Assembly: GCA_963721365.1 (NCBI GenBank)
Contig: CAVRJE010000028.1
Coordinates: 5,030-69,029, forward strand
DNA: 64,000 bases
From: an uncultured Actinomycetota bacterium
GTDB taxonomy: Bacteria; Actinomycetota; Thermoleophilia; RBG-16-64-13
Direction of reading: 5' to 3'
Positions 9,276-18,776 of the stretch are shown here, piece by piece. Position 1 is the stretch's first letter. Every line of letters starts with the position of its first letter. The translations under genes and the position numbers were made by a program. A model generated the notes under the pieces. It saw nothing but the letters and a program-made list of their open reading frames with translations. It made no database searches and had not been told where the DNA came from.

Positions 9276-11372
9276 CTACACGTTGCGCGCCACCTCAAAG
9301 GCCGACCCCATCGCATTTATGATCACGCCTGGGGCCTTGCAGTCCCCTACCGAGTACAGTTCGGGCACCTTCCCGCTGAGCGCCTCAAAGAGACTCGGGT
9401 TCGGGCGCATTGGGAGGGTGACCATCACGGTGTCGGCCTCCAGGGTGCGGGTCACACCTTCCGCATCGGTGATAACCAACCCTTTGTCGTTGATCTCCTG
9501 GTACTTCACCTTGGCCAGCATGGGGACACCCTTCTGGGTGAGCCACGGGTGCAGCAGTTCCCACTGCAGCAGAGGGATGCCCTCGCCAAGACGATCCCCG
9601 GGCTCGGTGATGGCCACCACCTTGCGGTCCCGCTTCACCAGGAACTCGGCCGCTTCGCAACCCTGGATACCTCCGCCCACGATGACGACGCTCTTGCCCA
9701 CCGGCATCCACATCTTGGTGATCCGCTCGAGATTCCTCGGACCGGCCAGCCGCAGGGCCAGCTTCGACTCTTCGTAGAGCTTCTTACTCGTGATCACCTT
9801 CTTGCTGTCGATGCCCGGGATGTCGAGCACGCCCGGCAGGCCGCCTGCCGCCACTATCACAGCGTCAGGCCGGAGCCGCTCGTGGATCGCCACGGAATAC
9901 TCCTCGCCGAGCTTGACCTCGATCCCCAGCTTGTTCACCTGGGTCTCGAGGTACTTGATGAAGCCGGGGAGATCGAAGATCTCCGTGCCCTTGACCATGG
10001 CGGCCAGGTTCATGAGACCGCCGAGATACGCCTCTTTCTCGTAGAGGAGCACCTCGTGGCCCCTCAGCGCCAGGATGCGGGCGGCTTCCATCCCAGAGGG
10101 GCCACCGCCTACGACCACGACCTTCTTCCGCTTGGGAGCCGCGGGAAATCTCTCGCTGTCGGAGCCCCGCCCTATGCTCGGGTTCACCTGGCAGGCCACT
10201 CCCTCGTACTCCATCATGCGGGTCTCGCACGTGATGCACGACGTACACGGCCGCACGTCCTCTTCCCGGCCCTCAAACGCCTTGTTGGGATAGTCGGGGT
10301 CCGCGAACAGCCGTCTCCCCATGGCGATGGCGTCCGCCTGGCCTGCCGCGAGGATCTTCTCCCCGACGCCCGCGTCGAGCTTGCCCACCGCGATGACCGG
10401 GACCGAGACCACCTTTTTGACGGTGGAGGCCAAGTGCACGTTCATCCCCTGGCGCCAGTCCATGCCCTTCAGCTCGTCGATCCACGGGTCGGGAGGCTCG
10501 GGATAGAACATCTGCTCGGCGATGGCGATGCGGCCGTAGCGGGCGTAGCCGTCCCCCACGATGTTGAAGTAGTCGGCGCCCGACTTTTCCAGGATGCGGG
10601 CGAACTCCGCGCATTCGGCAGGCTTGGTGCCCTCGGGCACCCCGTACTCGGCGCCGTTCAACTTCACACCTATCACGAAGTCATCGCCGCACTTCGCGCG
10701 GCAGGCTTCCAGGATCTCCCGGGAGAAGCGCACCCGGTTCTCGATGCTGCCCGAGCCGTACTCGTCGTCTCGCTTGTTCCACACGCGCGATAGGAACGAG
10801 TTCATGAGGTAATAGTGGTCGCCGTGGAGCTCCACGCCATCGAAGCCGGCGCGCTTGACCCGCTCGGCTGCTTCCGCGTACTTGGTGATGATCGCCTTGA
10901 TCTCTGGGACGGTCAGAGCGCGGACCTTCCAGTCCTTCATCCCGTGGAACAGCAGCTTCGTAGCCTCCTCGTCCAGCTCCGAAGGACCGACGGCGACAAA
11001 CCCCTCTTTGACATGCCCCGGATAAGGGGGGAACTGGGCGTTGGGCCCGAGATGGTTGATCTGGACGAACATCGGGCAGTCGTAGCGGTGCACCGTCTCC
11101 ACCAGCTTCTTCATCCCCGGCAACATGGCGTCTTCGGCCACGTTGACCATGCCGTCGCGAGTCCCGCTGGGAACGTCCACGGCGCACTGCTCGGAGATGA
11201 TGCCCCCGATGCCGCCTCGGGCGATGGCTTCGTAGAAGTCCAGAAGTTCCTGGGTGATGCTGCCGTCGCGGAAGTCCGCCATGTTCATGTCCTGAGGCGT
11301 CTTCAGCATCCGGTTCTTGAACTTGACGTTCCTGATCTGCCAGGGCTCGGATACTCGCTCATACCTGCTCAC
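9276..11372 (-). CDS. OYE-family NADH:flavin oxidoreductase fused to FAD/NAD(P)-binding domain (2-enoate / 2,4-dienoyl-CoA reductase type)
   Basis: The OYE TIM-barrel is VSRYERVSEPWQIRNVKFKNRMLKTPQ...MFVQINHLG...DGVELHGDHYYLMNSFLS. A CTSCITC...C Fe-S linker follows. Then come KKVVVVGGGPSGMEAA and SVVIVGGGIQGCEAAEFL dinucleotide folds. The GTG at 11372 lies 7 nt after GGAGG. The ORF is uninterrupted. Confidence 0.9.
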   Translation of the reverse strand: MSRYERVSEPWQIRNVKFKNRMLKTPQDMNMADFRDGSITQELLDFYEAIARGGIGGIISEQCAVDVPSGTRDGMVNVAEDAMLPGMKKLVETVHRYDCPMFVQINHLGPNAQFPPYPGHVKEGFVAVGPSELDEEATKLLFHGMKDWKVRALTVPEIKAIITKYAEAAERVKRAGFDGVELHGDHYYLMNSFLSRVWNKRDDEYGSGSIENRVRFSREILEACRAKCGDDFVIGVKLNGAEYGVPEGTKPAECAEFARILEKSGADYFNIVGDGYARYGRIAIAEQMFYPEPPDPWIDELKGMDWRQGMNVHLASTVKKVVSVPVIAVGKLDAGVGEKILAAGQADAIAMGRRLFADPDYPNKAFEGREEDVRPCTSCITCETRMMEYEGVACQVNPSIGRGSDSERFPAAPKRKKVVVVGGGPSGMEAARILALRGHEVLLYEKEAYLGGLMNLAAMVKGTEIFDLPGFIKYLETQVNKLGIEVKLGEEYSVAIHERLRPDAVIVAAGGLPGVLDIPGIDSKKVITSKKLYEESKLALRLAGPRNLERITKMWMPVGKSVVIVGGGIQGCEAAEFLVKRDRKVVAITEPGDRLGEGIPLLQWELLHPWLTQKGVPMLAKVKYQEINDKGLVITDAEGVTRTLEADTVMVTLPMRPNPSLFEALSGKVPELYSVGDCKAPGVIINAMGSAFEVARNV

Positions 11373-11464
11373 GATATGACCTCCTGCTTCAAGGCATGTT
11401 TTGCGGCCCCTGCCCGTTGACGCCGGGCAAGGGCCGCGCAATCGTGGGGTTCCTTAGTCGGACC

Positions 11465-11830
11465 CTACGCGTAGCTCTGCTCGATCGTCGGGTACGTAGC
11501 CAGACCGTCCAGGAAATCGGCTCCCACCACATTACAATCGTAAGGGAACTTAGTGTTAGCGGCCGGTTTAGCATTGGCGCCATTGACGCACTGGATGGTC
11601 GTGGTCACGGCCTTGTAGACGTTCGGGAAGGTGTGGCGGCCCTTCATGTCCACGGGCTCCGTGAAGTCGATGGGGCCGTAGATGGTCTCCAACTTCGTCG
11701 CCTTGATAGCGTCCACGATGGTCTGCTTGTCGTCGAGGTCGGTGGCCCGCTTGAGCACGTCCACGGCCCAACTGCGGGCGGCCTGGACGCCGACGTTCTC
11801 GCTCCGCTCGCTCGGGTACCACGAACGCCG
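11465..11830 (-). pseudogene. 5'-truncated remnant of a type-I solute-binding protein (paralog of 12205..13704)
   Basis: VDVLKRATDLDDKQTIVDAIKATKLETIYGPIDFTEPVDMKG... aligns with VDVLKRTKNLDDKESIVEALKTTKLELITGPIDLTSPVDPAG of the neighbouring intact gene. Only the C-terminal ~120 codons exist, bounded upstream by a stop. Confidence 0.6.
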
Positions 11831-12204
11831 AGGCCCCCAGACGGGCTAACAACGGTCGTACGCCAAACGACCTCGAACCCCAGCATCGCTCCGCAGACTG
11901 GGGCTCGGTCCATCGGCTTCTCTATGATTTTGACAGCGTGGAACCAGGGCTGGTAGGCTGGGTGTAGCAAGAGCAACTCTTGCTCCTATCGAAAAACGCC
12001 TGCCTTTCAAATCGCCGGGGGAGATCGAAGAAAGGGGCGGCTATCCAGAAGGACGGTGGGAATCTGGCGTAAGACGTTCGGGGCGCGGAATCACCTGTGA
12101 CGGCTGAAGTGCTAGTGCGGCCAGCGTTGGGAAAAGCGTTAGGGCCACAAGTGATCGGCATTCGGTGCTCAGTGTGCGCAAGGACAGTGCAAGGGGGAAG
12201 CCAT

Positions 12205-13704
12205 ATGTCCGACGAACGTGGGAAGAATCCAGAGCTTAAGGACGTAGACGATGTGGCTGGCGGTGATTCCGTCAGTCGCCGGAGCTTTCTGAAGATCGCC
12301 GGAGTCGCCGGGGCGACCGTCGGCGCAGGGGCGGGTCTAGGCGGCCTGATCGCTGCCTGCGGCGGCAACGAGACCACAACCACGACGGCAGCGCCCGCCA
12401 CAACCACGACGGCAGCGCCGGCCACCACCACCACGTCGGCAGCGCCGGCCACCACCACCACGTCGGCCGCTGTAGAGAAGGGCCGCGAGATCAAGGTGGG
12501 GGTGGTCTCACCGGTCACGGGGCCCATCGCCATCTTCGCGATCGCCGACAAGTGGGGCATCGACCTGGTCAAGGAATTCCTGGGCGACGAGATGGTGCTC
12601 GGAGACGGCAAGCTCCACAAGGTGAGCTGGTTGCTCCGAGACACTCAGTCCGACGACAGCCGGGCCTCCCAGGTGACGTCGGACCTCATCCTCAACGACA
12701 AGGTCGATATCCTGAGCGTGGGCGGCAGCCCCACGACCGCGGTGCCGGCCGCCGTTATGGCCGAGACGAACAAGACGCCCATTGTGTGCAGCAACTGCCC
12801 GTGGGGCGCAATCGTCTTCGGCCGGTATCCGGACCTGAAGAACCCGGCGGATTGCCCGGACAAGTACGTCTTCGGCAGTCTCTTCGGCGTGGAGCAGGGC
12901 ACCGCCGCCCTGATAAGCGTGCTGAACAAGCTCACCACCAACAAGAAGGCGGGACTTTTCCTCGGGAACACCCTCGACACTCAGGCGTGGCAGACTCCAG
13001 GCATCGGCTTTGAGGACAGCCTCAAGGCGGCCGGGTACACAGTCGTGAATCCAGGCTATTTCAACCTGGGGACCGAGGACTTCACCTCCATGATCAGCCA
13101 GTACAAGAAAGCCGGCTGCGAGATCAACGTCGGCTCCAACCCGGGCAAGGACTTCCCGAACTTCTGGACCCAGTGCGCGCAGCAAGGCTACAAGCCGACG
13201 GTCTGCAACGAGATGATCGGGCTGGGGGCCTACTCGGACCAGTTGGCCATGGGCGCGGCGGCCTACGGCATCATCCAGATCTTCACCTGGCACGCGTCGT
13301 GGCCGTACAGCGACTTCATCAGCGGAATGACGAACGCCCAGTTGGCCACCCGGTACGAGAAGGACTTCAACGCGCCATGGGACCAGTTCATCACCGGATA
13401 CATGCGCAATGGCTGGGTTGTAGACGTGCTCAAGAGGACCAAGAATCTCGACGACAAAGAGAGCATCGTTGAGGCTCTCAAGACCACGAAACTCGAGCTG
13501 ATCACCGGCCCGATCGATCTCACGTCGCCCGTCGACCCCGCCGGCCTGCACGTCACCCCGCTTATCTGGAAGCAGCCGATCTCGCTCGGCCAGCTGCAGA
13601 AAGGCACCAAATGGCCGGTCGAGGCTCCGATGGTGGCCGCGGTCGACGCGCCGGGAGTCACCGAGGCCGATCTTGCCAAACCTTTCCTGATCGAATGGAA
13701 GTAG
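12205..13704 (+). CDS. ABC-transporter periplasmic-type solute-binding lipoprotein (Leu/Ile/Val/amide type-I PBP fold), Tat signal plus lipobox
   Basis: MSDERGKNPELKDVDDVAGGDSVSRRSFLKIAGVAGATVGAGAGLGGLIAACGG (twin-Arg motif, LIAAC lipobox), then a Thr/Ala/Pro linker, then IKVGVVSPVTGPIAIFA... The ATG at 12205 follows AAGGGGGAAG. No permease or ATPase genes are adjacent. Confidence 0.85.
   Translation: MSDERGKNPELKDVDDVAGGDSVSRRSFLKIAGVAGATVGAGAGLGGLIAACGGNETTTTTAAPATTTTAAPATTTTSAAPATTTTSAAVEKGREIKVGVVSPVTGPIAIFAIADKWGIDLVKEFLGDEMVLGDGKLHKVSWLLRDTQSDDSRASQVTSDLILNDKVDILSVGGSPTTAVPAAVMAETNKTPIVCSNCPWGAIVFGRYPDLKNPADCPDKYVFGSLFGVEQGTAALISVLNKLTTNKKAGLFLGNTLDTQAWQTPGIGFEDSLKAAGYTVVNPGYFNLGTEDFTSMISQYKKAGCEINVGSNPGKDFPNFWTQCAQQGYKPTVCNEMIGLGAYSDQLAMGAAAYGIIQIFTWHASWPYSDFISGMTNAQLATRYEKDFNAPWDQFITGYMRNGWVVDVLKRTKNLDDKESIVEALKTTKLELITGPIDLTSPVDPAGLHVTPLIWKQPISLGQLQKGTKWPVEAPMVAAVDAPGVTEADLAKPFLIEWK
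12373..12471 (+). repeat. About 3.5 tandem copies of a 24-27-bp unit encoding the TTTT(S)AAPA linker of the solute-binding protein
   Basis: accacaaccacgacggcagcgcccgcc / acaaccacgacggcagcgccggcc / accaccaccacgtcggcagcgccggcc / accaccaccacgtcggccgct. Confidence 0.8.
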
Positions 13705-13739
13705 CGGCCGCGTAGCAGGTCCCCAGAAGCGTCTCTGGT

Positions 13740-13773
13740 AGCGGCGTCGCCGTTGGGAAACGGCGACGCCGCT
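13740..13773 (+). terminator. Perfect 15-bp stem / GGGA loop hairpin after the solute-binding protein gene
   Basis: AGCGGCGTCGCCGTT-GGGA-AACGGCGACGCCGCT lies 36 nt after the stop at 13704. Confidence 0.6.
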
Positions 13774-13916
13774 CTGGTTCACGCCTCTACTTGTACGCGC
13801 CGGCGCCCAGTCCAGCATCCACCACCGCCTTTTCAGCGCCCGCAGAACCGGACTGGGAGATCTTGGCGCCGGTTGCTAGTTCACCGCCCGCCGCCCAAGA
13901 AGAGGCGTCGCGTCGC

Positions 13917-14509
13917 TCAGCCGGCAGGCGCCGGTAGCTGGTCGCCGCCCTTGGCGAACAGCATGTCCCGACCCCAGACCCCCTCGAGGTGAAAGAGGCC
14001 CGATGCTTCCATCTGTTCGAGAGCCCTTTCCTGGCTCATGTGCCCCGGATCCATGAAGAGGTGGCCGTCCGGCTTGAGCACGCGCCCGATGTCGGAGAGC
14101 AGCCCCTCCTTGTCTCGGACGGCGTGAAAGGTGTCGATCAACAGGACGACGTCCACCGAGCCCGTGGGGATGGCCACCGGGTGAGACTCGAGAAGGACCG
14201 TGTACACGTTGTCGAGGCCTTCGTGCGCAGCCTTTTGACGCACCGCCTGGAGCGCCAGCCGCTCCACGTCCACCGCGAAAACCCGGCCGACCCGCCGGCC
14301 CTTCCGCCCCTGACGGCCCTTGCCACCGGGATGGTGACTCTTCCAGGTCCACATCCCCAGTCAACGACCGTCTCCCCGGGCTGGGGAGCTGCACGCCCCA
14401 GTTGCTTGCCGGGGGCGCCGATGTGAAGGACGTCCCGGACGCGGTATTGCAGGAGCATGGCTCGATACAACCTGCTCGCGCTTGCCTTCGGCGCCTGTTG
14501 CGCTGGCAT
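13917..14509 (-). pseudogene. Class I SAM-dependent methyltransferase, one frame change (~14300-14330, G-rich run)
   Basis: MPAQQAPKASASRLYRAMLLQYRVRDVLHIGAPGKQL...ETVVDWGCGPGRVTIPVARAV (motif I) is in one frame. GRVFAVDVERLALQAV...VDVVLLIDTFHAVRDKEGLLSDIGRVLKPDGHLF is in the next. The ATG at 14509 follows AAGGAG. Confidence 0.7.
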
Positions 14510-14656
14510 CGTTCGCTCCTTGGCTCGTAGCCCCTCCACGGCCATGCTACCGGGGAGGCGGGGTCTTCCGCAACGACAGGAATAAACGAATCGTGCAAGA
14601 ATTCCCCCAACAAAGCACGATCAGGTGCATTTCCGAGGAAGGAGCACCGAACACAT

Positions 14657-15421
14657 ATGACAGAGCACGAGCGCACCCTCGCCGTCTTCATCGACTTCGA
14701 GAACCTGGCCATAGGCTTCAAACACCGCCGCGGCGAGTTCGACATCCACAAGATCCTCGAGCGTCTGGTGGAAAAAGGCAAGGTTATCGTCAAGAAGGCC
14801 TACGCCGACTGGGGCGAGTACAAGCAGTACACCAAGCCGCTCCACGAGAACGCCATCGAGCTCATCGAGATCCCCCGCCGGAGCATGACCGGCAAGAACT
14901 CGGCCGACATCCGGCTGGCTGTGGACGCAATGGACCTCGCTTGGTCCAAGGAACACATCGACACCTTCGTGATCGTCTCCGGCGACTCCGATTTCTCGCC
15001 GTTGGTCTCGAAGCTCAAGGAGAACGGCAAGCACGTCATCGGCATCGGGATGAAAGAGTCCACGTCGGACCTACTCTCGGGCAACTGCGACGAGTTCATC
15101 TTCTACGAGGACCTGGAAAAGCAGGCGGTCACGCCCACCACTCCAGGCCCGCAGGCCGTCGACGTGCCGCCGGAGAAGAAAGAGGTCTTCGACCTGATGC
15201 TCGAATCGATCGGCGCCCTCATCCGCGAGAACAAGGACCCCATCTTCGCGTCCATGGTCAAAGACACCATGCAGCGCAAGAAGCCCTCGTTCAACGAGTC
15301 GGCCTACGGCTATCGCAGCTTCAGCAACCTGCTCATCGACGCCGAGAAGCGGGGCCTCATCAAGCTGCATCGCGACAAGAAGGCCGGCTGGACTTACGTG
15401 ATAGAGGGGTTCGTAGAGTAG
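14657..15421 (+). CDS. NYN-domain (LabA/limkain-b1-type) protein with C-terminal OST-HTH/LOTUS domain
   Basis: LAVFIDFENL...KAYADWGEY...NSADIRLAVDAMDLA...DTFVIVSGDSDFSPLVSKLKENGKHVIGIG is the NYN part. The C-terminal DLMLESIGALIRENKDPIFASMVKDTMQRKKPSFNESAYGYRSFSNLLIDAEKRGLI is the LOTUS-like part. The ORF is uninterrupted. Confidence 0.85.
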   Translation: MTEHERTLAVFIDFENLAIGFKHRRGEFDIHKILERLVEKGKVIVKKAYADWGEYKQYTKPLHENAIELIEIPRRSMTGKNSADIRLAVDAMDLAWSKEHIDTFVIVSGDSDFSPLVSKLKENGKHVIGIGMKESTSDLLSGNCDEFIFYEDLEKQAVTPTTPGPQAVDVPPEKKEVFDLMLESIGALIRENKDPIFASMVKDTMQRKKPSFNESAYGYRSFSNLLIDAEKRGLIKLHRDKKAGWTYVIEGFVE

Positions 15422-15424
15422 AGG

Positions 15425-15701
15425 GACCTCCCATCGACTCGTACGACGTCGTCATCGTCGGCGCCGGAGCGGCCGGGTGCGCCGCTGCGCTCAGTCTGCC
15501 GGCGGGCGTCCGCGGGTTGATGGTGGAGCGGGCGCGTCCAGGCTCCGAACGATGCTGCGGTGGTCCGCCAACCCCAACAAGGACTACGAGGAGCAGTTTG
15601 AACCTCTGGCTCGCCGGGTCTTGGTGAAGACCATCAAGGCGCGGGTCATCTTCTCCCCCGCCGTCCGGTCATGGGCGCTGAGACTGCCGTGGTGTCCGTA
15701 G
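15425..15701 (+). pseudogene. Remnant of an FAD-dependent oxidoreductase (only the N-terminal dinucleotide fold is recognisable)
   Basis: DSYDVVIVGAGAAGCAAALSLPAGVRGLMVERARPGSERCCGG is followed by unrelated or other-frame sequence and a stop within ~90 codons. Confidence 0.4.
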
Positions 15702-15755
15702 TCACGGTACTATGGGCGACGGCGGTCGGGGAATGAGTCTCCTGGAGGGGTTCGG

Positions 15756-16490
15756 GTGATCACCTACTACAAGTCGAGGTTCCTGTCTCCACCTGTGGTC
15801 TACGTCCAGCATGACGAAAGTTGGAAGAGCTACGCCCCCGGAGGCAGGATCCAGAACAATCTCGGCCCTCTCCCGAGCCACATTCTCCAGAACGTCGAGG
15901 AAGTGAGTTACGTAGAGGTCGAGGACCTGGTGCGAGAGTACTCGGCAGAGGCCGGCAGACTCGAGGCCGAACGTCGTCTGCCGCCGCCCGAATGGGGCAT
16001 CGGGGGCTGGCTGATCTTGCCGATCATCGGTCTCTTCGTGTCGTGCATCGGTTCGCTCTACTCGCTCTTCCGCGAGGTCATCCCGATCTTGCGGTCCTGG
16101 GACACGTTCACGTCGCCCGACTCCTCGTTGTACCACCCACTCCTGGGGCCCTACTTCGGCTTCATCACGTTCATAGATGTCGCCATCTTTGTGGTCTCCA
16201 TATTCCTGCTTGTGCTCATCTTCAAGAGAAAACACATCCTTCCGACGATCATCATCTACGCATACACGGCTTTCGTCTTCGTGACGTTGGTGGACTTCGT
16301 TGCCGTTGTGACCTTCATCTACCAGTTCATGGCCGAGCGGGGAGACGCCGCTGAAGCATCGAGTTTCGTCACCCAGGGAATAGTGGATGTCGTGCTGCGA
16401 GGGATCATCACGTGCGGCATCTGGATCCCGTACTTCCTGTACTCCAAGCGGGTCCGCAACACGTTCGACCAGCCCTGGAACAGCAAACGA
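15756..16490 (+). CDS. Membrane protein resembling the DUF2569 family (4 TM helices); 3' boundary uncertain
   Basis: The TM segments are GWLILPIIGLFVSCIGSLYSLF, FGFITFIDVAIFVVSIFLLVLIF, ILPTIIIYAYTAFVFVTLVDFVAVVTFIY and IITCGIWIPYFLYS, followed by KRVRNTF. The next ~60 codons of the same ORF are Arg/Pro-rich and look out of frame. Confidence 0.55.
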
Positions 16491-16685
16491 GCGGCTCTAT
16501 CTCACACCACTTCTCGCGCGGCCACCTGGCCGCGCTCGCGGCTGAGGCCTCGTCCCCGGCCACCGCCCCGACGGTGGTGCGTCGGCGAGGCCGACCTGAT
16601 CGCCGATGCTGCCGCCGAAGATGCGGGACCTGCGGAGGTGCCTGTCGAGGAGGCGCCGCAGCCGCTCGGTACCGGGGAGCGGCCC

Positions 16686-17340
16686 ATGAGCGCGCCTACC
16701 CCGCAATCCAGGATCCTCCTGATCCCCCTGGTGGCCATCATGGTCATCATCCTCGGGGTGGTCATCGGGCTGGGCGTCTGGCGCTCCGCCAATCCGCCGC
16801 AGGTGGCGAACCCGGTGACCGTCACCACCGATGCGAACGGCAACACGTTGAAGCACTACTCCAATACGGCCACCGGTTTCTCGTTCGACTATCCGGCCGA
16901 CTGGGTGTTGGATAGCAGCCGGGCCCCGGGCTCGCTCCCAGGTTTCCAGGTGAACGTGCGTGATCCACAAGGCGCGAGGATCGACAATGAGGCCGGTCGA
17001 TGGATTCATGGTGGTCGCTTACGACTCGTCTACCGTCGAGGCGTTGCCCGATCCTTCAGAACTGCATTCCACGGTCGAGACGAATATTCAAGCGAGTGCC
17101 GCCGCTCAAGGCTACGAGATCCTTACGGATGTGACCGACGTGACCATCAACGGCATGCCCGCCGTTACGGTGACGTGCAAGCTGCCAATGCCGAGCGGGG
17201 AGAAGTTCACGGCGCCCATGTACTACCTGATCGGCGCAGATCGCCTGTACTTCGTCATGTTGTCGTTCACGGAGGATTCTTCGGACACCACCAAGCCCAA
17301 GGTGGAAGCCATCCTTAACAGCCTCAATCACCAACCGTAA
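16686..17340 (+). pseudogene. Membrane-anchored PsbP/DcrB-like domain protein, one frame change (~16975); may be fused to the preceding ORF
   Basis: MSAPTPQSRILLIPLVAIMVIILGVVIGLGVW (TM) ...ATGFSFDYPADWVLDSS...FQVNVRDPQG is followed, in ORF 16960..17340, by PVDGFMVVAYDSSTVEALPDPSELHSTVETNIQ...YYLIGADRLYFVMLSFTEDSSD. Confidence 0.5.
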
Positions 17341-17344
17341 CCTT

Positions 17345-17787
17345 CTAGCTCATCTTGTGGGCGTGCTGCTCCCAGTCCGGTACCTTCTCGCCCACCAGCG
17401 CCAGAAAGAAGTAGACGGTGGAGTCTCCCATGAACTTGAAGTCGTGCTTGACGGTTGCGGCCTGCTTCTCGTAGCTCCCGAGCGACTGCAGGTACTTGTC
17501 GAAGCCGCCGAACGACTTGTCGACTTCCTCGATCTTGCCCGCGTTGTCGATGACGGCCTCGATCTTGCGGCGGTTGCGAATGACCCGGGGTCGGTAACCA
17601 GCCTCTCGACGTCGTCGGGACCCATGTTCGCTACCTTCTGGATGTCGAAGCCGGCGAAGGCGTCGCGGATGCCCTCCCACTTCGATTCCACCACCTTCCA
17701 GTTGATGCCGGTGGTCATGATGATCTTGGTCATGGCCTCGAGGTAGCCCGAAGCCGAGGTGGGCTTGGTGAAGGGACCGTGCGGCAT
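17345..17787 (-). pseudogene. tag: Tag-family (PF03352-like) DNA-3-methyladenine glycosylase I, one frame change at ~17583
   Basis: MPHGPFTKPTSASGYLEAMTKIIMTTGINWKVVESKWEGIRDAFAGFDIQKVANMGPDDVERLVTDPG is in one frame. VIRNRRKIEAVIDNAGKIEEVDKSFGGFDKYLQSLG... is in the next. The junction is GACCCCGGGTCATT, one base short of GACCCCGGGGTCATT. Confidence 0.75.
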
Positions 17788-17975
17788 GGCGCGCCTCCTG
17801 TCTTCGTACGTGCCTTGGGCGAGCAGTGATCGTTGCCGCCACAGTACCCGGTGCAGCCGGCCTTTAGACGGGCGACTCCGGCTCGCTGCCCAAAAAGAAG
17901 GCCCCGCCCCGGCTTTCGCCGAGGGCGGGGCCAACCTTTCTGTCACTGCCTCCAAGGGCTCACGGGCCCTCGGCG

Positions 17976-18746
17976 CTACGCCCTGCCTATGACCACCTTC
18001 AGCGGGTCCACCTCGTCGCGCAGGATGCGCAGTTCTTCGGCGGTCGGCGCTCCGGTGCGGCCGATCTCCTTGGGGATCACCAGCTCGAAGCCGGTGTTCT
18101 CCTTGACTTGGTCGAGTTCCACGCCCGGGTTGAGCGACTCGATCATCATGGCCTTGGTCTCCGGGTCGAAGCCCATGACCGCCAGGTCGGTGATGATCTT
18201 GTAGGGGCCGCCCTCGGGCAAGCCGGCCGCTTCGCGGGCGCCGGCGCCGGTGAGGAAGCCGGGCGAGGTGATGAAGTCGCACTTCGCGGCAAAGCGGTCT
18301 TTGCTGTGGACGGTCATGATCATCGTCCGCCAGCAGAGGGACGCGAAGTCGTTGGCGCCGCCGCTGCCCGGGAACCGGACCTTCGGCTTGTAGTAGTCCC
18401 CGACCATCGTCGAGTTGATGTTGCCGTACTTGTCGATCTGGGCGCCGCCCAGGAAGGCGTAGTCCACCTGGCCGCGAGCGCAGGTGGTCATCATCTCGGA
18501 CATACCGGCGGCCATGACTGCCTTGTGGAACGTCCGGGAGTCGCCCACGGAGATCGGCATGGACGGCAGCAGCGGAGCCACGCCGCCTGCCTCGAACAGG
18601 ATCACGAGGTTGGGTGAGCAGGTCTTCTGCGAAAGCATCGCGGCGGCGCAGGGAGCGCCGGTGCCGACGGCCACGGTCTTGCCGTCCTCCAGGTACCGGG
18701 CGGCCACGCAGATCATCAGTTCCATGGTGTTGTATTCGGGTGCCAT
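17976..18746 (-). CDS. Family-I CoA-transferase subunit B (glutaconate/3-oxoacid CoA-transferase beta-like)
   Basis: MAPEYNTMELMICVAARYLEDGKTVAVGTGAPCAAAML...ILFEAGGV...YAFLGGAQIDKYGNINST...FPGSGGANDFA. The ATG at 18746 follows AAGGAG. The ORF is uninterrupted. Confidence 0.85.
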   Translation of the reverse strand: MAPEYNTMELMICVAARYLEDGKTVAVGTGAPCAAAMLSQKTCSPNLVILFEAGGVAPLLPSMPISVGDSRTFHKAVMAAGMSEMMTTCARGQVDYAFLGGAQIDKYGNINSTMVGDYYKPKVRFPGSGGANDFASLCWRTMIMTVHSKDRFAAKCDFITSPGFLTGAGAREAAGLPEGGPYKIITDLAVMGFDPETKAMMIESLNPGVELDQVKENTGFELVIPKEIGRTGAPTAEELRILRDEVDPLKVVIGRA

Positions 18747-18776
18747 ATCTCTCAAGCTCCTTCAGCGCGTCCGCGG

